The translations under genes were made by a program, and so were the position numbers. 64,000 nucleotides of DNA from NCBI GenBank assembly GCA_043799715.1, contig JAZDNM010000003.1, positions 288,270-352,269 on the forward strand, in the 5' to 3' direction. Under the pieces are notes generated by a model. It saw only the letters and a program-made list of their open reading frames with translations, was not told where the DNA came from and did not search any database. Shown here one piece after another: positions 28,876 through 38,816 of the stretch (position 1 is the stretch's first letter; every line of letters starts with the position of its first letter). The stretch is from an archaeon (GTDB lineage: Archaea > Nanobdellota > Nanobdellia > Pacearchaeales > DTIR01).

Positions 28876-30905
28876 TTTTTGAACAGCGAAGAGATAAACA
28901 TGCCAATTGTTTTTATGCCGGAGGATTCTGCTGATTTCTTGAACTCCCTGATATAACTGTCGCCGTAGCCCGCGATTATTCTTGTCTTGTCTGATGAGAT
29001 TTGCACGCTTGCAACACCCTCAAGCTGCTCGCTGCTCAATTTTGACACTGGACTGCATTCCTGCCATACAACAGTGCCTTTGTCATTGAATTCAATAATG
29101 CAGTTGCCTGGAGAAGTGCCTGCGACGATTCTTTTTCCGTCAGGCGAGATTGCAATAGCATTGTGCCCAACTGAGCTGAACTGCCCTGAAGTTGCCAGGC
29201 CCCTTTTCCAGAGAAGATTTCCTGAATTGTCAAATAAGTAAACCATGCCGCCGATTGTACCCAAGGCTATTCTGCTGCCGTCAGGTGTTGCAGCCCCTGC
29301 TGTGATTACGTGGTCAGGAATCCTATGCTTCCATCTCAGATTTCCTTCTGTATCCAAAGAAAATAATGTCCTGCTCTTTCCTGCTGCGAATGTGTTCTTG
29401 CTGCTGTCTGTTGCCAAGAACATTGGGAACTCGCCAATAATATAGCTCCAGAGCTTGTACCTATTTATATTGAATCCTGCGATTGTCCTCGCGCCGACAA
29501 CAAATCCTGAGTCATCCTGATAAAATTGGCAGTTCCTGAACCATTCGTCAATCCAGGATATGCTTTCCCTTGCCCCTGATTCTGCGTTGAAGAGATAAAG
29601 ATTTCCTATTGCCCCTGATAATACATAAATGCCGTTATTTGACAAACAAATACTTCTTGTCATTGTTAATGCATCAAATTTCCACAGCTGGCTGCCGCCA
29701 TTATCAATACTGTAAATATAATTGTCATGGCATGCAGCAGCAACCCTGCTGCCATCCTTGGCAATGTCAATGCCCCAGCACTCATTTCCTGTTGAATAAT
29801 TCCAGAGAATATTGCCATTGCTGTCAAACATGTAAAAGCTTGTGGGTTTGTCAAGCTGCGGAGGATGCTTTGCCTGGCTAGCTGCAAATGAATTCCAGTC
29901 ATCTGAAGCCTTAACCCAGAAAAATCCATACGGCTCATTGACTTGTTTTTCCCATTTCAAGTCAAACTTGTCCTGCTCCTGGATTTTTTCAACAGTGATA
30001 TCTAATCTTGTCATATTTGTTCTTGTTGGAGCAATATTACTTTTGAAATAAAATTCATATCCGTCCTTAGTTGCTGAAACTGAATAATCAGTTGAATCGC
30101 ATGCAAGCTCCCTTCCCTCATAAATTGCATTTATATCCTCCATCGCAAGAACAAAAATCGCGTATCTGCCTTTGTCATCTGTTCCTCCGCTAAAACCAGT
30201 TCTCCCACAGTTCATAAAAGCGTCAACTCTTGCATTGCTTACTGCCCTGCCATCCCTGTCTTTCACATAGCCATAGATTGCAGTTGTCTCTTTCCCCCTG
30301 AAATCCTCGCTTGCTGCTGCAAACGAGACAGGCAGCTCAATTGATTCTGATGAGCCTTCTCTCCATAGCTTGAATGTCACAGTAAAAGGAACTTCATCAG
30401 CCTTATCAAGTGACAGGAAATACCAGAGCTTTTTCTCCTCCCCTGAGACAAGGGTTATCGGAGAATCCTGCATTGAGAAAAAATGCAGGTTCCAGCTGGG
30501 AGCTTGCTTAACCAAGTCAGCATCCTTGCTGAAATAGATTGTTGCGTCGCTGATTCCTGTATTTTTTAACGTGATAAAATAATCAATGCCTGATTCAAAC
30601 ATACCTCTTATTATCCCTGTTGAATATGCAGTGACATCAACACTGCCAAGCTGCTTTGCAACAAGCTGCGGCTTTGGAAGTTTTGCAGGCCATTCAGGCA
30701 GCGGAGCATTAGCATCAAATTTTGGAATCATAAATTCTCCTTGCTGTCCTGCTCCAGGAGGCATCTGCTCATTTCCTGGAGGCATCTGCCCAAATTCCCC
30801 TGGCTGCTGCTCCTTGTTTGGATTTTTGCCGAAAAAATAAATTCCTATGCCTAAAATGAGAACAAGAATAATCACTGCTAATGCTATCTTCACGCTCTTT
30901 TGCAT
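28872..30905 (-). CDS. Membrane-anchored beta-propeller (PQQ/WD40-like) protein with a carboxypeptidase-regulatory-like domain
   Basis: N-terminal TM, GQMPP repeats, IYGYVKD..G.AV..ARV...TDDKGRY, repeated D..G..LW blades. Confidence 0.8.
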   Translation of the reverse strand: MQKSVKIALAVIILVLILGIGIYFFGKNPNKEQQPGEFGQMPPGNEQMPPGAGQQGEFMIPKFDANAPLPEWPAKLPKPQLVAKQLGSVDVTAYSTGIIRGMFESGIDYFITLKNTGISDATIYFSKDADLVKQAPSWNLHFFSMQDSPITLVSGEEKKLWYFLSLDKADEVPFTVTFKLWREGSSESIELPVSFAAASEDFRGKETTAIYGYVKDRDGRAVSNARVDAFMNCGRTGFSGGTDDKGRYAIFVLAMEDINAIYEGRELACDSTDYSVSATKDGYEFYFKSNIAPTRTNMTRLDITVEKIQEQDKFDLKWEKQVNEPYGFFWVKASDDWNSFAASQAKHPPQLDKPTSFYMFDSNGNILWNYSTGNECWGIDIAKDGSRVAAACHDNYIYSIDNGGSQLWKFDALTMTRSICLSNNGIYVLSGAIGNLYLFNAESGARESISWIDEWFRNCQFYQDDSGFVVGARTIAGFNINRYKLWSYIIGEFPMFLATDSSKNTFAAGKSRTLFSLDTEGNLRWKHRIPDHVITAGAATPDGSRIALGTIGGMVYLFDNSGNLLWKRGLATSGQFSSVGHNAIAISPDGKRIVAGTSPGNCIIEFNDKGTVVWQECSPVSKLSSEQLEGVASVQISSDKTRIIAGYGDSYIREFKKSAESSGIKTIGMFISSLFKN

Positions 30906-30986
30906 TATCAAACATGCCAAGAAGGGAATATAAATATTTCGCAGTTATTGAGGAAGGGTTAAAAATAGCAGAAGCATTGTAAACAG

Positions 30987-31895
30987 ATGGAAGGAAAGAG
31001 GATAATGATTGTTTTGGGGCTGTTCATTTTATCTCTTGTCTTTCTTATGGTGTCTGCATCATTCTTCTATTCAGGAATGAGCCTCTGGGGGGCTGTACTC
31101 AGCGCATTGTTTATTGCTTCAACTGTGATGATGTTCAGGAAAGGCAAAAAGCTTGCTGCTGCTGCAGGGATATTAATGCTGCTGTTCGCGCTGGTTATGA
31201 TAGTGCCTTCTTTGCTTGTGTCATTAGGCACGCCTGTTTCAATCAGCGAGCAGGAGAAACAGGAAATTCTTGCGAAAAATCATGATGGAATAGACAATTT
31301 CTTCAGGGGATTTGCCGAGAGGAATTACTCAATATTTTCAAGGGATTTCAACGAGAACATAGCAAACAGATGGAACAGCGCTGCATTCGCGCAGGCAAGC
31401 ATAAGCCTTGGGGATTTTGTGTCAAATGACTGCTATGACGCAAAAAAGGTAGTGAACAGCCCTGAAGTGCTATGCAGGGCGGAGTTCAGGAATGCAGCTG
31501 CTGAAATCGCAATCGGGTTCAATGCTGAAAATAACGGCATATGGACTTTATTCATTGAAACCATAGCGCCAAATGCAACGCTGATATTGAACAGCAAAAG
31601 CACAGCTGAATCCCTGAAAATTACTTTCAATAATGAACCAAATATTCTTAACGCTTCAAAGGGCAGCATTTTTGTCATTGTTAATGCAACAATAAAAAAC
31701 AATGAGCAAAAAATCCTGAAAATCCACACATACAAGTTCAGCGCAGGAGGATATACCTTCAGCATTCTGAATCCTGATTACAAGCCTGAATGCGATGTGC
31801 TTCCTTATGAATTAAAAGCAAATGAGACAAGAACAGGCTGCCTTGTTTTCTCAGTTGACAAATCAGGGACAGAAGGGAATGTTGTCATGTCCTGA
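30987..31895 (+). CDS. Membrane protein with extracellular Ig-like (DUF4352-like) domain
   Basis: Three TM helices; FVIVNATIKN...LKANETRTGCLVFSV. Confidence 0.65.
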   Translation: MEGKRIMIVLGLFILSLVFLMVSASFFYSGMSLWGAVLSALFIASTVMMFRKGKKLAAAAGILMLLFALVMIVPSLLVSLGTPVSISEQEKQEILAKNHDGIDNFFRGFAERNYSIFSRDFNENIANRWNSAAFAQASISLGDFVSNDCYDAKKVVNSPEVLCRAEFRNAAAEIAIGFNAENNGIWTLFIETIAPNATLILNSKSTAESLKITFNNEPNILNASKGSIFVIVNATIKNNEQKILKIHTYKFSAGGYTFSILNPDYKPECDVLPYELKANETRTGCLVFSVDKSGTEGNVVMS

Positions 31896-31933
31896 AGGCA
31901 ATATTTTATAAATCTTCAGAACTTAAATAAATT

Positions 31934-32524
31934 ATGGCGATGAAGTCGTGCTGCAGGGCGTTTCTTTCAAGCATGTGCGGCTTTCTTGTCATGATTATCC
32001 TTCTGCTTCTTTCAAATGTTCTTGTTTCACAGGTAAACAATCCCCTCTTCACAGGCATTGTGCTTTTTTTCAATTCAAACATTGCTTTGCTGACAGTAAT
32101 CTTCCTTCTGTTCCTCGCAGGAGAGATTTTCAGCTTGTTCATTTTTCCTTTCAATCTGCCTTATCCAATTTTCTCTGCTATCGGCGGAATGTTCCTGCTT
32201 ACATTCATGTTCAGGATGTTCGCGCTTGCTGACAACATGGCTGGCACAGAAATGTTTGCGTTTCTTGAAACTCTGGCTCTTTTCCTGTATCCCCTGCTGT
32301 TCTTTATCATACTCGCGAGCGGCTATGGGATGATTTTCTCAAGACTGTTAAGAGGAGAAGACAACAAGGCAGAAAAGAAAATCAAGAAAGCATTTTCAAG
32401 AGGAAAAGGCAAGAACTGGGATGAGATAAGTTCTGAGTTCAGGAACCTTCTTTATGACATCGCAGCTTCCTTAAGAAAATCTCTCGGACAAACTGGGAAA
32501 CGAAGGAAGAAAAGAAAGCATTAA
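31934..32524 (+). CDS. Membrane protein
   Basis: Four TM helices, PFNLPYP, basic C-terminal tail. Confidence 0.7.
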   Translation: MAMKSCCRAFLSSMCGFLVMIILLLLSNVLVSQVNNPLFTGIVLFFNSNIALLTVIFLLFLAGEIFSLFIFPFNLPYPIFSAIGGMFLLTFMFRMFALADNMAGTEMFAFLETLALFLYPLLFFIILASGYGMIFSRLLRGEDNKAEKKIKKAFSRGKGKNWDEISSEFRNLLYDIAASLRKSLGQTGKRRKKRKH

Positions 32525-32548
32525 AAATACTGAATGTTTTAATTCAAA

Positions 32549-32956
32549 ATGAAAAAAAGAGCTGTGAAAACAGGAAAGAAACAGAAGATCAGCAAATTTG
32601 TGTACTGGACTCCAAGAATCCTGTCAATACTTTTTATTCTTTTCTTGGCTATGTTCTCCCTTGATATTTTTGATATGCAATTGGGTTTCTGGGGGACTAT
32701 ACTTGGACTGTTCATGCACAATATCCCTGTGCTTGTTTTGCTGATAATCTTATGGATATCATGGAAACATGAATTAGTCGGGGCAATTACTTTTATTTTG
32801 GCAGGGCTGTTTTATATTGCAATGCTCTTAAGAACTGTTTTAATGAATCCTCCATTCCAGTGGTATATGCTTTCCTGGGCTATGACTATTTCAGGTCCTG
32901 CATTCCTTGTGGGAATTTTATTTCTGGTTAACTGGCTCAAAAAGAGAAAGAAATAA
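32549..32956 (+). CDS. Membrane protein
   Basis: WTPRILSI...FSLDIF...LFMHNIP; four TM helices. Confidence 0.75.
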   Translation: MKKRAVKTGKKQKISKFVYWTPRILSILFILFLAMFSLDIFDMQLGFWGTILGLFMHNIPVLVLLIILWISWKHELVGAITFILAGLFYIAMLLRTVLMNPPFQWYMLSWAMTISGPAFLVGILFLVNWLKKRKK

Positions 32957-32980
32957 AAATAGGGTTATCTGCATAAAAAC

Positions 32981-33160
32981 ATGGCAAAAAAAGAGGCAAA
33001 GAAAAAAGAAAGCCCAGGCGCTTTGTTCATACCTGCAGGGCTGTTTCTCGGTTTTGGAATTGGTTTTGCCTGCAACAACATTCCGGCAGGCATGTTCATC
33101 GGCTTTGGCGCAGGATTTGTGGCATTTGCAATAGCTGAACAGCTTAGAAAAAATAACTGA
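32981..33160 (+). CDS. Small Gly-rich 2-TM protein (59 aa, missing from the ORF track)
   Basis: FIPAGLFLGFGIG...AGMFIGFGAG. Confidence 0.65.
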   Translation: MAKKEAKKKESPGALFIPAGLFLGFGIGFACNNIPAGMFIGFGAGFVAFAIAEQLRKNN

Positions 33161-33175
33161 AGAAAATTCTCCAAA

Positions 33176-33631
33176 ATGGGAAAAACAAACTGGAAAGTTC
33201 TGGCAGCAAGTTTTTCTGCTGTGATTATTGCTGCATTCATAGGCAGCATGTTCACTGATACAGGCTCATGGTATGAATCAAGAAAGTCTGCCTTGACTCC
33301 TCCTGATTTTGTTTTTCCTGTTGTGTGGACATCGCTCTTTGTTCTGATTGCACTGTCAATTTATTTTTCATGGGTTCATGCGAAAAAGAGACAGAAGAAT
33401 GGAATTGCCTTGCTTTTTGGGATTAATCTGGTTTTGAACATGCTGTGGAGCGTCCTATTTTTTGGTTTGAAAAATCCTCTTGCTGCTTTTATTGAATTGA
33501 TACTACTTTGGTTTTCAATCCTTGCGATGATTTTCGCAACTTGGAAAATTGACAGGAAGGCTGCTCTGCTGCTTGTTCCCTATTTATTGTGGGTAAGTTT
33601 TGCAGGAATTCTGAATTTCCTGTTCATTTAG
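33176..33631 (+). CDS. tspO: TspO/MBR tryptophan-rich sensory protein
   Basis: WYESRKSALTPPDFVFPVVW, LNMLWSVLFFG, LLVPYLLWVSFA. Confidence 0.93.
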   Translation: MGKTNWKVLAASFSAVIIAAFIGSMFTDTGSWYESRKSALTPPDFVFPVVWTSLFVLIALSIYFSWVHAKKRQKNGIALLFGINLVLNMLWSVLFFGLKNPLAAFIELILLWFSILAMIFATWKIDRKAALLLVPYLLWVSFAGILNFLFI

Positions 33632-33643
33632 GGCTTGCATGTC

Positions 33644-33937
33644 TTAATCCCTGATGTTCCAGAGAAGAATCAGCTTTTCTATTTTTGATTTCTGCGAAGG
33701 GAAATCAGAAAGCGCTCTTTCAAGAATCCTGTGCCGGCCAATATCTGAATGCTCCACATTATGCTTTATTGCCTGTATGATTGTCCTGAATCTCTTGACA
33801 TAAGCGCTGTCCCAGAGTTCAGCAGAATACATCTGCCCATCTGAATAAAGGATATACACTGATTTCGGGCTGCTCTCCCTAACTACCTTTCCGACCCTGT
33901 CCCTCATTACTCCGTAAACACACCAGGGATTTTTCAT
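33644..33937 (-). CDS. Hypothetical protein
   Basis: Second packed minus-strand run, with ATGA overlaps. Confidence 0.6.
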   Translation of the reverse strand: MKNPWCVYGVMRDRVGKVVRESSPKSVYILYSDGQMYSAELWDSAYVKRFRTIIQAIKHNVEHSDIGRHRILERALSDFPSQKSKIEKLILLWNIRD

Positions 33938-34200
33938 TTTTTAATCCTATTCGATAAGGTTATTAAATCGTCATCATAAACATCATCTTCTAAACATGAG
34001 AAATATTTTTCTCCTATCAATTCAGAGATAATACTATAAGTTGTTCCCCTATTGCAATAAGTATCCATTGCACGCCCTATCCAAGACATTGGAATTCCTA
34101 TCTCTTTCTCATTAAAAGGGGAATCTGTTACAAATTGAATTACTCTTCTGGCTAAATCAAGTTCTTTTTCATTCCTGAAAAGTTCTTCTAATCTCTTCAT
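33934..34200 (-). CDS. Hypothetical protein
   Basis: ATGA overlaps on both sides; more AT-rich than its neighbours. Confidence 0.6.
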   Translation of the reverse strand: MKRLEELFRNEKELDLARRVIQFVTDSPFNEKEIGIPMSWIGRAMDTYCNRGTTYSIISELIGEKYFSCLEDDVYDDDLITLSNRIKK

Positions 34201-34565
34201 TTTTTCCTCAGCAAGCCAAGTTTCCTCAGCTTTTCAGGCACAGCGTGCATTATTTCAGAGTACTCTGAACTTTCATCGCAGCCAGGGCAGTTGTCTCCAA
34301 GCATTGGATTATATCCCATTAACCCGCACATATGGCTTGTTTTTGTGAAAAGGTATGTTGTCAGCCCTGCATATGCGCCAATTCCTTTCACAAGAAATTT
34401 TGCAAAGTATACCTTGTTTTCCTTTAATTCTGGCGAGGCATCTGATGGATTGATTATCACTTCAAGATTCCTCTTGTTAATTCTCATATTCAGCTTTCTT
34501 TGCCTGTTGCTTGTTGTGTCATATTCCATTTTAGCTGTAAACTCCCTGCTCATGCCAGTATTCAT
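34197..34565 (-). CDS. Hypothetical protein with Cys/His motif
   Basis: HMCG...CPGC. Confidence 0.6.
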   Translation of the reverse strand: MNTGMSREFTAKMEYDTTSNRQRKLNMRINKRNLEVIINPSDASPELKENKVYFAKFLVKGIGAYAGLTTYLFTKTSHMCGLMGYNPMLGDNCPGCDESSEYSEIMHAVPEKLRKLGLLRKK

Positions 34566-34713
34566 GCCCGCATTCGCATCTTGTCAATACTGCGCCTGTA
34601 TTGTCATATAGGATTACGCTTGCTTGCTTTCCATTGCAGTGATTTGAGGGAAATTTCTTTCCAAGCAGATTCCAAGGGTCATGAACTTTAGTTTCAAGCT
34701 TATTTTCTGTCAT
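34531..34713 (-). CDS. Small zinc-ribbon-like protein
   Basis: HC...CECGH. Confidence 0.5.
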   Translation of the reverse strand: MTENKLETKVHDPWNLLGKKFPSNHCNGKQASVILYDNTGAVLTRCECGHEYWHEQGVYS

Positions 34714-34955
34714 TTTTTTCTCTTCTCGCAATTTTTCATTTCATCAATGTCAATATAAAAGTCAGGCATTGAATGCCCTGTTGAAAAGATTTTTGTTGCA
34801 ATGCAGTAAGGCACATTTGACAACCTGTCAGGGAAATTATAAAACAGCAGGATTTCCTTCTCATCAAAATTCTCAAGACATAAAAGCGCCTCGCCTCTTC
34901 TGTTCTTTGTCCTCACAGCATGCCTGCACATTTCTTCAATTTTTTCTCCGCCCAT
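34710..34955 (-). CDS. Hypothetical Cys-containing protein
   Basis: Packed run. Confidence 0.55.
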   Translation of the reverse strand: MGGEKIEEMCRHAVRTKNRRGEALLCLENFDEKEILLFYNFPDRLSNVPYCIATKIFSTGHSMPDFYIDIDEMKNCEKRKK

Positions 34956-34956
34956 T

Positions 34957-35418
34957 TTATTCAATATGCAAAAACCTGCTGTCGCCCCCAATATGTTTTA
35001 TCGTGCGGATTTTATCACAGCAGATTGCAAATGCCTCTGCCTCCCATGTGTCTCCTTCTGGAGAATCTTCTGTCTGTTCATATTTTACAATTATAGGATT
35101 TCTTTTATTGCAGTCAGGGCATTTTTCATAAGCATGCGGCTTGAATTTTTCAGATGCAACAATCTCATTTTCAGTTACAATTTTGGCATAGAAGTATGCA
35201 GTGTCACATTTTCCTGGGTCATAATCTCTCCAGCTGTCATAGGGCATTTTCTTTTTCCCGCTTCTTATTTCCTCTGACTCCAGACATCTTTCCTTTGTCT
35301 TTTTCAAGCCCTGCATTGCAAAGATGATTTTTTCAAGTGTTTTAATTTCTGTTTTGTCATTCTCTGACTTGCTTTTAAGATTATTGTATCTTGCAAGATA
35401 ATCCTTAATTTTTGCCAT
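34957..35418 (-). CDS. Hypothetical protein with CxxC...CC motif
   Basis: CPDC...AICCD. Confidence 0.6.
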   Translation of the reverse strand: MAKIKDYLARYNNLKSKSENDKTEIKTLEKIIFAMQGLKKTKERCLESEEIRSGKKKMPYDSWRDYDPGKCDTAYFYAKIVTENEIVASEKFKPHAYEKCPDCNKRNPIIVKYEQTEDSPEGDTWEAEAFAICCDKIRTIKHIGGDSRFLHIE

Positions 35419-35998
35419 GTTCCCCCCTCGGCTTGCCCTCGGCGTTCCTCGGAGCAAGCATCTCTCCTGTTTTTCCTGAGTAAATTCCGCATCTCATCCA
35501 GACAACATCAGCCTTGCCTATGATTTCCTCAAGCTGCTGGCTTGAAATTGGCAGGGCAGCAAGATACTTGTCAGCATCATATGTCTTGTAATCTGAATTT
35601 CTTATTCTGTCATGAATTTTGTTTTCAAATTCGTCAAAATGGATATGCACAAAACCGCAGCCATAATCAACAAAAACAAGAGTTTTGTCTGCAAAAGGAG
35701 ATATTCTCTTGAAATCATTATAATAAGAATAAGAATCTGAACTTGAGAGCAGATTTGCCCATTCTCGCTTGTCTTTTTTCTGAAGATTCTTGATTTTCTC
35801 TTCAAGGCCTTCTGCAATTGATGTGCTTCCTCCAAAATAACCTCGGGGCACTGCATCAGTGCTCTCTGCTGATTTCAGAAGTATCTTAAATGATTTTTTT
35901 GAGGGCTTTGTTAAATAATCCCTGAGATTCCTCATATAACTATTGTAATTCTCGCCCCTTCTCTGGTCGTATGAAATGTCTGTCAATGCGTCTGACAT
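35405..35998 (-). CDS. Hypothetical protein
   Basis: MSDALTD start; first gene of the run, divergent from the regulator. Confidence 0.65.
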   Translation of the reverse strand: MSDALTDISYDQRRGENYNSYMRNLRDYLTKPSKKSFKILLKSAESTDAVPRGYFGGSTSIAEGLEEKIKNLQKKDKREWANLLSSSDSYSYYNDFKRISPFADKTLVFVDYGCGFVHIHFDEFENKIHDRIRNSDYKTYDADKYLAALPISSQQLEEIIGKADVVWMRCGIYSGKTGEMLAPRNAEGKPRGEHGKN

Positions 35999-36093
35999 AC
36001 AAGTATACTGACTTGCATTTTTGATATACTTTACCTGCAAAAAAATGTGCATAGAGTTGTATAAAGGGAAAGGTTTTTAACTTTCAGGATGAT

Positions 36094-36945
36094 ATGGAAA
36101 GCATGTTTGAGGAGAAAGTCAAAGAAAAGATAGTAAGCTTTGTGTCATTGCAGGCAAGAAGCATAGACGAGATTGCAAAGCACATAGGCAGGAACTGGAG
36201 AACAGCAAACAGGTATGTTGACAGGATTGCTGCAGAGGGGATTATTGCTGTGAAGGTTTTCAGGGAAGGAACAAGAGGGGCATTGAAAATAGCTTATCTG
36301 ACTGCCCTAACTCCAAGATTCAGCATTTTCCAGAATGAATTATATGATAAAATCAAGCTTGGAAGAGTAAAATCTGATTTCAGCCCATTTGACATATGGC
36401 AGTATGTTAAAGGCAGGAAAGAGGCGTTCCTCGAACAGCAGGAGGATGAGAGCAAGCTTGCATTGAACAAGGATTTGTTTGAGCTGTTGAAAAGCGCGAA
36501 AAAAGAAGTGCTGATTTTTTCTGGAAATTTATCATGGGCAAATCTTGAGGTTGGCAAAGCGAAAATAATTGACATGTTTGAGGAGCTTGCAAAAAGAAAA
36601 GTAAGCATAAGCATAATCACAAGAGTTGATTTTCCTGCATTGGCAAACATAAAGAAAGTCATGTCAATAAACCACAAGCTTGGCAAGGAAGTTATAAAAA
36701 TAAAACACAGGGAGCAGCCTCTGAGAGCTGTGATAGTTGATGACAAGATTGCAAGGCTGAAAGAAATCAAGGACCCGAAAGATTACAGAAAAGGCGAGCT
36801 TGAAAAAAAGACATACATCTTTTACAATATTTATGACAAGGAATGGGTTGGCTGGCTCAAGAAGGTTTTCTGGGACATGTTCTTTGCCTCGATTGATGCT
36901 GGCAAGAGATTGAGTGAGATTGAGGGCGTGACGAGGCTTGGGTAA
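36094..36945 (+). CDS. TrmB-like regulator (wHTH plus PLD-like effector domain)
   Basis: RSIDEIAKHIGRNWRTANRYV helix-turn-helix; LLKSAKKEVLIFSG, RAVIVDDK. Confidence 0.7.
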   Translation: MESMFEEKVKEKIVSFVSLQARSIDEIAKHIGRNWRTANRYVDRIAAEGIIAVKVFREGTRGALKIAYLTALTPRFSIFQNELYDKIKLGRVKSDFSPFDIWQYVKGRKEAFLEQQEDESKLALNKDLFELLKSAKKEVLIFSGNLSWANLEVGKAKIIDMFEELAKRKVSISIITRVDFPALANIKKVMSINHKLGKEVIKIKHREQPLRAVIVDDKIARLKEIKDPKDYRKGELEKKTYIFYNIYDKEWVGWLKKVFWDMFFASIDAGKRLSEIEGVTRLG

Positions 36946-36948
36946 AAA

Positions 36949-37161
36949 ATGGGAGAAATAAAACTCGGAAAATATGAGCATTTCAAGGGCAAGCTGTATG
37001 AAGTTATAGTGATAGCAAAACATTCTGAAACTCTTGAGGATTTTGTTGTTTACAGGGCTCTTTATGGCAAAAAGGAGCTGTGGACAAGACCGAAAAAAAT
37101 GTTTCTTGAAAAAGTCCAGAAAGAAGGCAAATTAGTTCCCAGATTCAAGTATGTAAAATAG
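36949..37161 (+). CDS. DUF1653 family protein
   Basis: GKYEHFKG.LYEV...AKHSETLE..VVYRALYG...WTRP..MF.E. Confidence 0.9.
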   Translation: MGEIKLGKYEHFKGKLYEVIVIAKHSETLEDFVVYRALYGKKELWTRPKKMFLEKVQKEGKLVPRFKYVK

Positions 37162-37166
37162 GCATA

Positions 37167-37196
37167 AAGCCGAGCCCGCAGGCGAGGCACTCTCTC
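37167..37196 (+). repeat. Tandem-GA hairpin element
   Basis: AAGCC-GA-GCC-CGCA-GGC-GA-GGC-ACTCTCT. Confidence 0.85.
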
Positions 37197-37229
37197 TAAT
37201 TTTATCTTGGGAGTTCTAGGTTTTCCAGA

Positions 37230-38711
37230 TTAAGCAGTTGTTGAGGCACTAAGAACAACTGTTCTTATTCCCCCTGTATATTCCAGATTTATGATTGTGC
37301 TGGCAGAGTTAGATATCTCTGTGATTTGAACATTTTGGCCATCAATCTGAGCTGTGAAGTTTCCTCTGGCAAGCGCCGCAGGAATTGTTATTGCTGCAGA
37401 CATAGCAGTCCCAATGGAGTCTGCAATTTTGAAGGCAACTGCTCCTGTATTCTGATTGAAAGTCAGGGCTGAAACAGATGAGGAAGAACTTACAAAAATG
37501 TGATAACACTTGTCATCTGATGAAACCAAATAATCATATGGAAGTTTCTGTTCCTTCAAGAAGAGCGCTCTGGAATTGCTGCTTAGGATGTTGCGGGCAG
37601 CGTTGTATTCCAGGTTAGAAAAGAGGCCTTTCCAGTGCCCGATGGCGTTAGGTGTAGCACCCTCAACTGAATCATCCACATAGTTGAGCCATCTCTCCAG
37701 ACCATTTGAGCCGCCTCCTGCATCTGAACCGAATAATATGCGGGAGTTCCATGTTTCAAAGAATTGCTTCCACTCCTCGTTCAATTTGCCGTTATTAGAT
37801 TGGTTTGCGAGCAGCGCCCAATTAGAGTTGGATTGCGGCAAAGGGTTTTGCATGTTCTGAATCCCGGCAGTGTCAAAATACAGATTTGGATATCTTAAGA
37901 GGTAGTCATTGAGTATGATACTATTGAGCGGCAGGTTGTTGAATCCGAGATGGCACCAGAGAATAATCGCGTCTTTGTTGTGATTCAGCATTCTTTCGAA
38001 GGCGGCGTTCGCAGCAGCGTCGTCAGGCACGAAGTGAAACGAGATAGGGACGCGATATTTAGCAGATAAATCCACCAGCTGAAGCCAGAGCGGAGTGTCT
38101 GCCGGAACATAAACAGTCGGGGGCGGAGTAATCTCCCCACTATAGTATCTCAAGTTAGCTTCGCCTATGCCATAATATTTTCCTGTCTTCAACTGCTCCT
38201 CAGCAGATGTAACAAATGATTGGCCTTGCGTGAGCCATGTAGATGGTTGCGGCGAGTCAGGAGTATCTACAAATGCTATAAATCTATCAGGGTATTTAGA
38301 TATGGCTTCGAGCGAACCTGAATACAAAAGCGATATACTTACCCCTGCTTTATCCATCTCTGAAATTATCTGGGATATGCTGACTTTGGACGTTATGTGG
38401 ACATGGGAATCGAAAACATCCTTATTCTCTGTGTTAGTATATTGGCTGATGCATAAATTGTTTAATTGTTCTTGTGCTTCAGAAGAGATATTCTGAGACG
38501 CAGAAACAGGGGCTGTTGTTTCATCCTTATCACAAATGCCATTATCATTCTGGTCTAAACAGCAGGAGTTTCCAGCCAGCATATAAGGAGAGTTGCAAGC
38601 AGGGCTTGCAGCTTTGTTTAGAATAACATAAATGATTATGGCTATCAGGGCAATAACAATAATTCCTCCAAGTATGTACAGGAGAATGCTGCTCTTTTTT
38701 TTCATAACCAA
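37230..38711 (-). CDS. Membrane-anchored amidohydrolase-superfamily protein
   Basis: N-terminal TM, Cys motif CCLDQNDNGICD, then DSHVH, GIGE, ISFH, CHLG, YFDTA, ILFGSD. Confidence 0.8.
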   Translation of the reverse strand: MVMKKKSSILLYILGGIIVIALIAIIIYVILNKAASPACNSPYMLAGNSCCLDQNDNGICDKDETTAPVSASQNISSEAQEQLNNLCISQYTNTENKDVFDSHVHITSKVSISQIISEMDKAGVSISLLYSGSLEAISKYPDRFIAFVDTPDSPQPSTWLTQGQSFVTSAEEQLKTGKYYGIGEANLRYYSGEITPPPTVYVPADTPLWLQLVDLSAKYRVPISFHFVPDDAAANAAFERMLNHNKDAIILWCHLGFNNLPLNSIILNDYLLRYPNLYFDTAGIQNMQNPLPQSNSNWALLANQSNNGKLNEEWKQFFETWNSRILFGSDAGGGSNGLERWLNYVDDSVEGATPNAIGHWKGLFSNLEYNAARNILSSNSRALFLKEQKLPYDYLVSSDDKCYHIFVSSSSSVSALTFNQNTGAVAFKIADSIGTAMSAAITIPAALARGNFTAQIDGQNVQITEISNSASTIINLEYTGGIRTVVLSASTTA

Positions 38712-38816
38712 TTAAAACAGAGATTATTTATAAAAGTTTGGAACGCCCACGCTGTTAATTTAGCTTAAGGTTAATGTTAGTTATATTAAAATCAGACTAG
38801 CTTTTGAGCCAGATAA

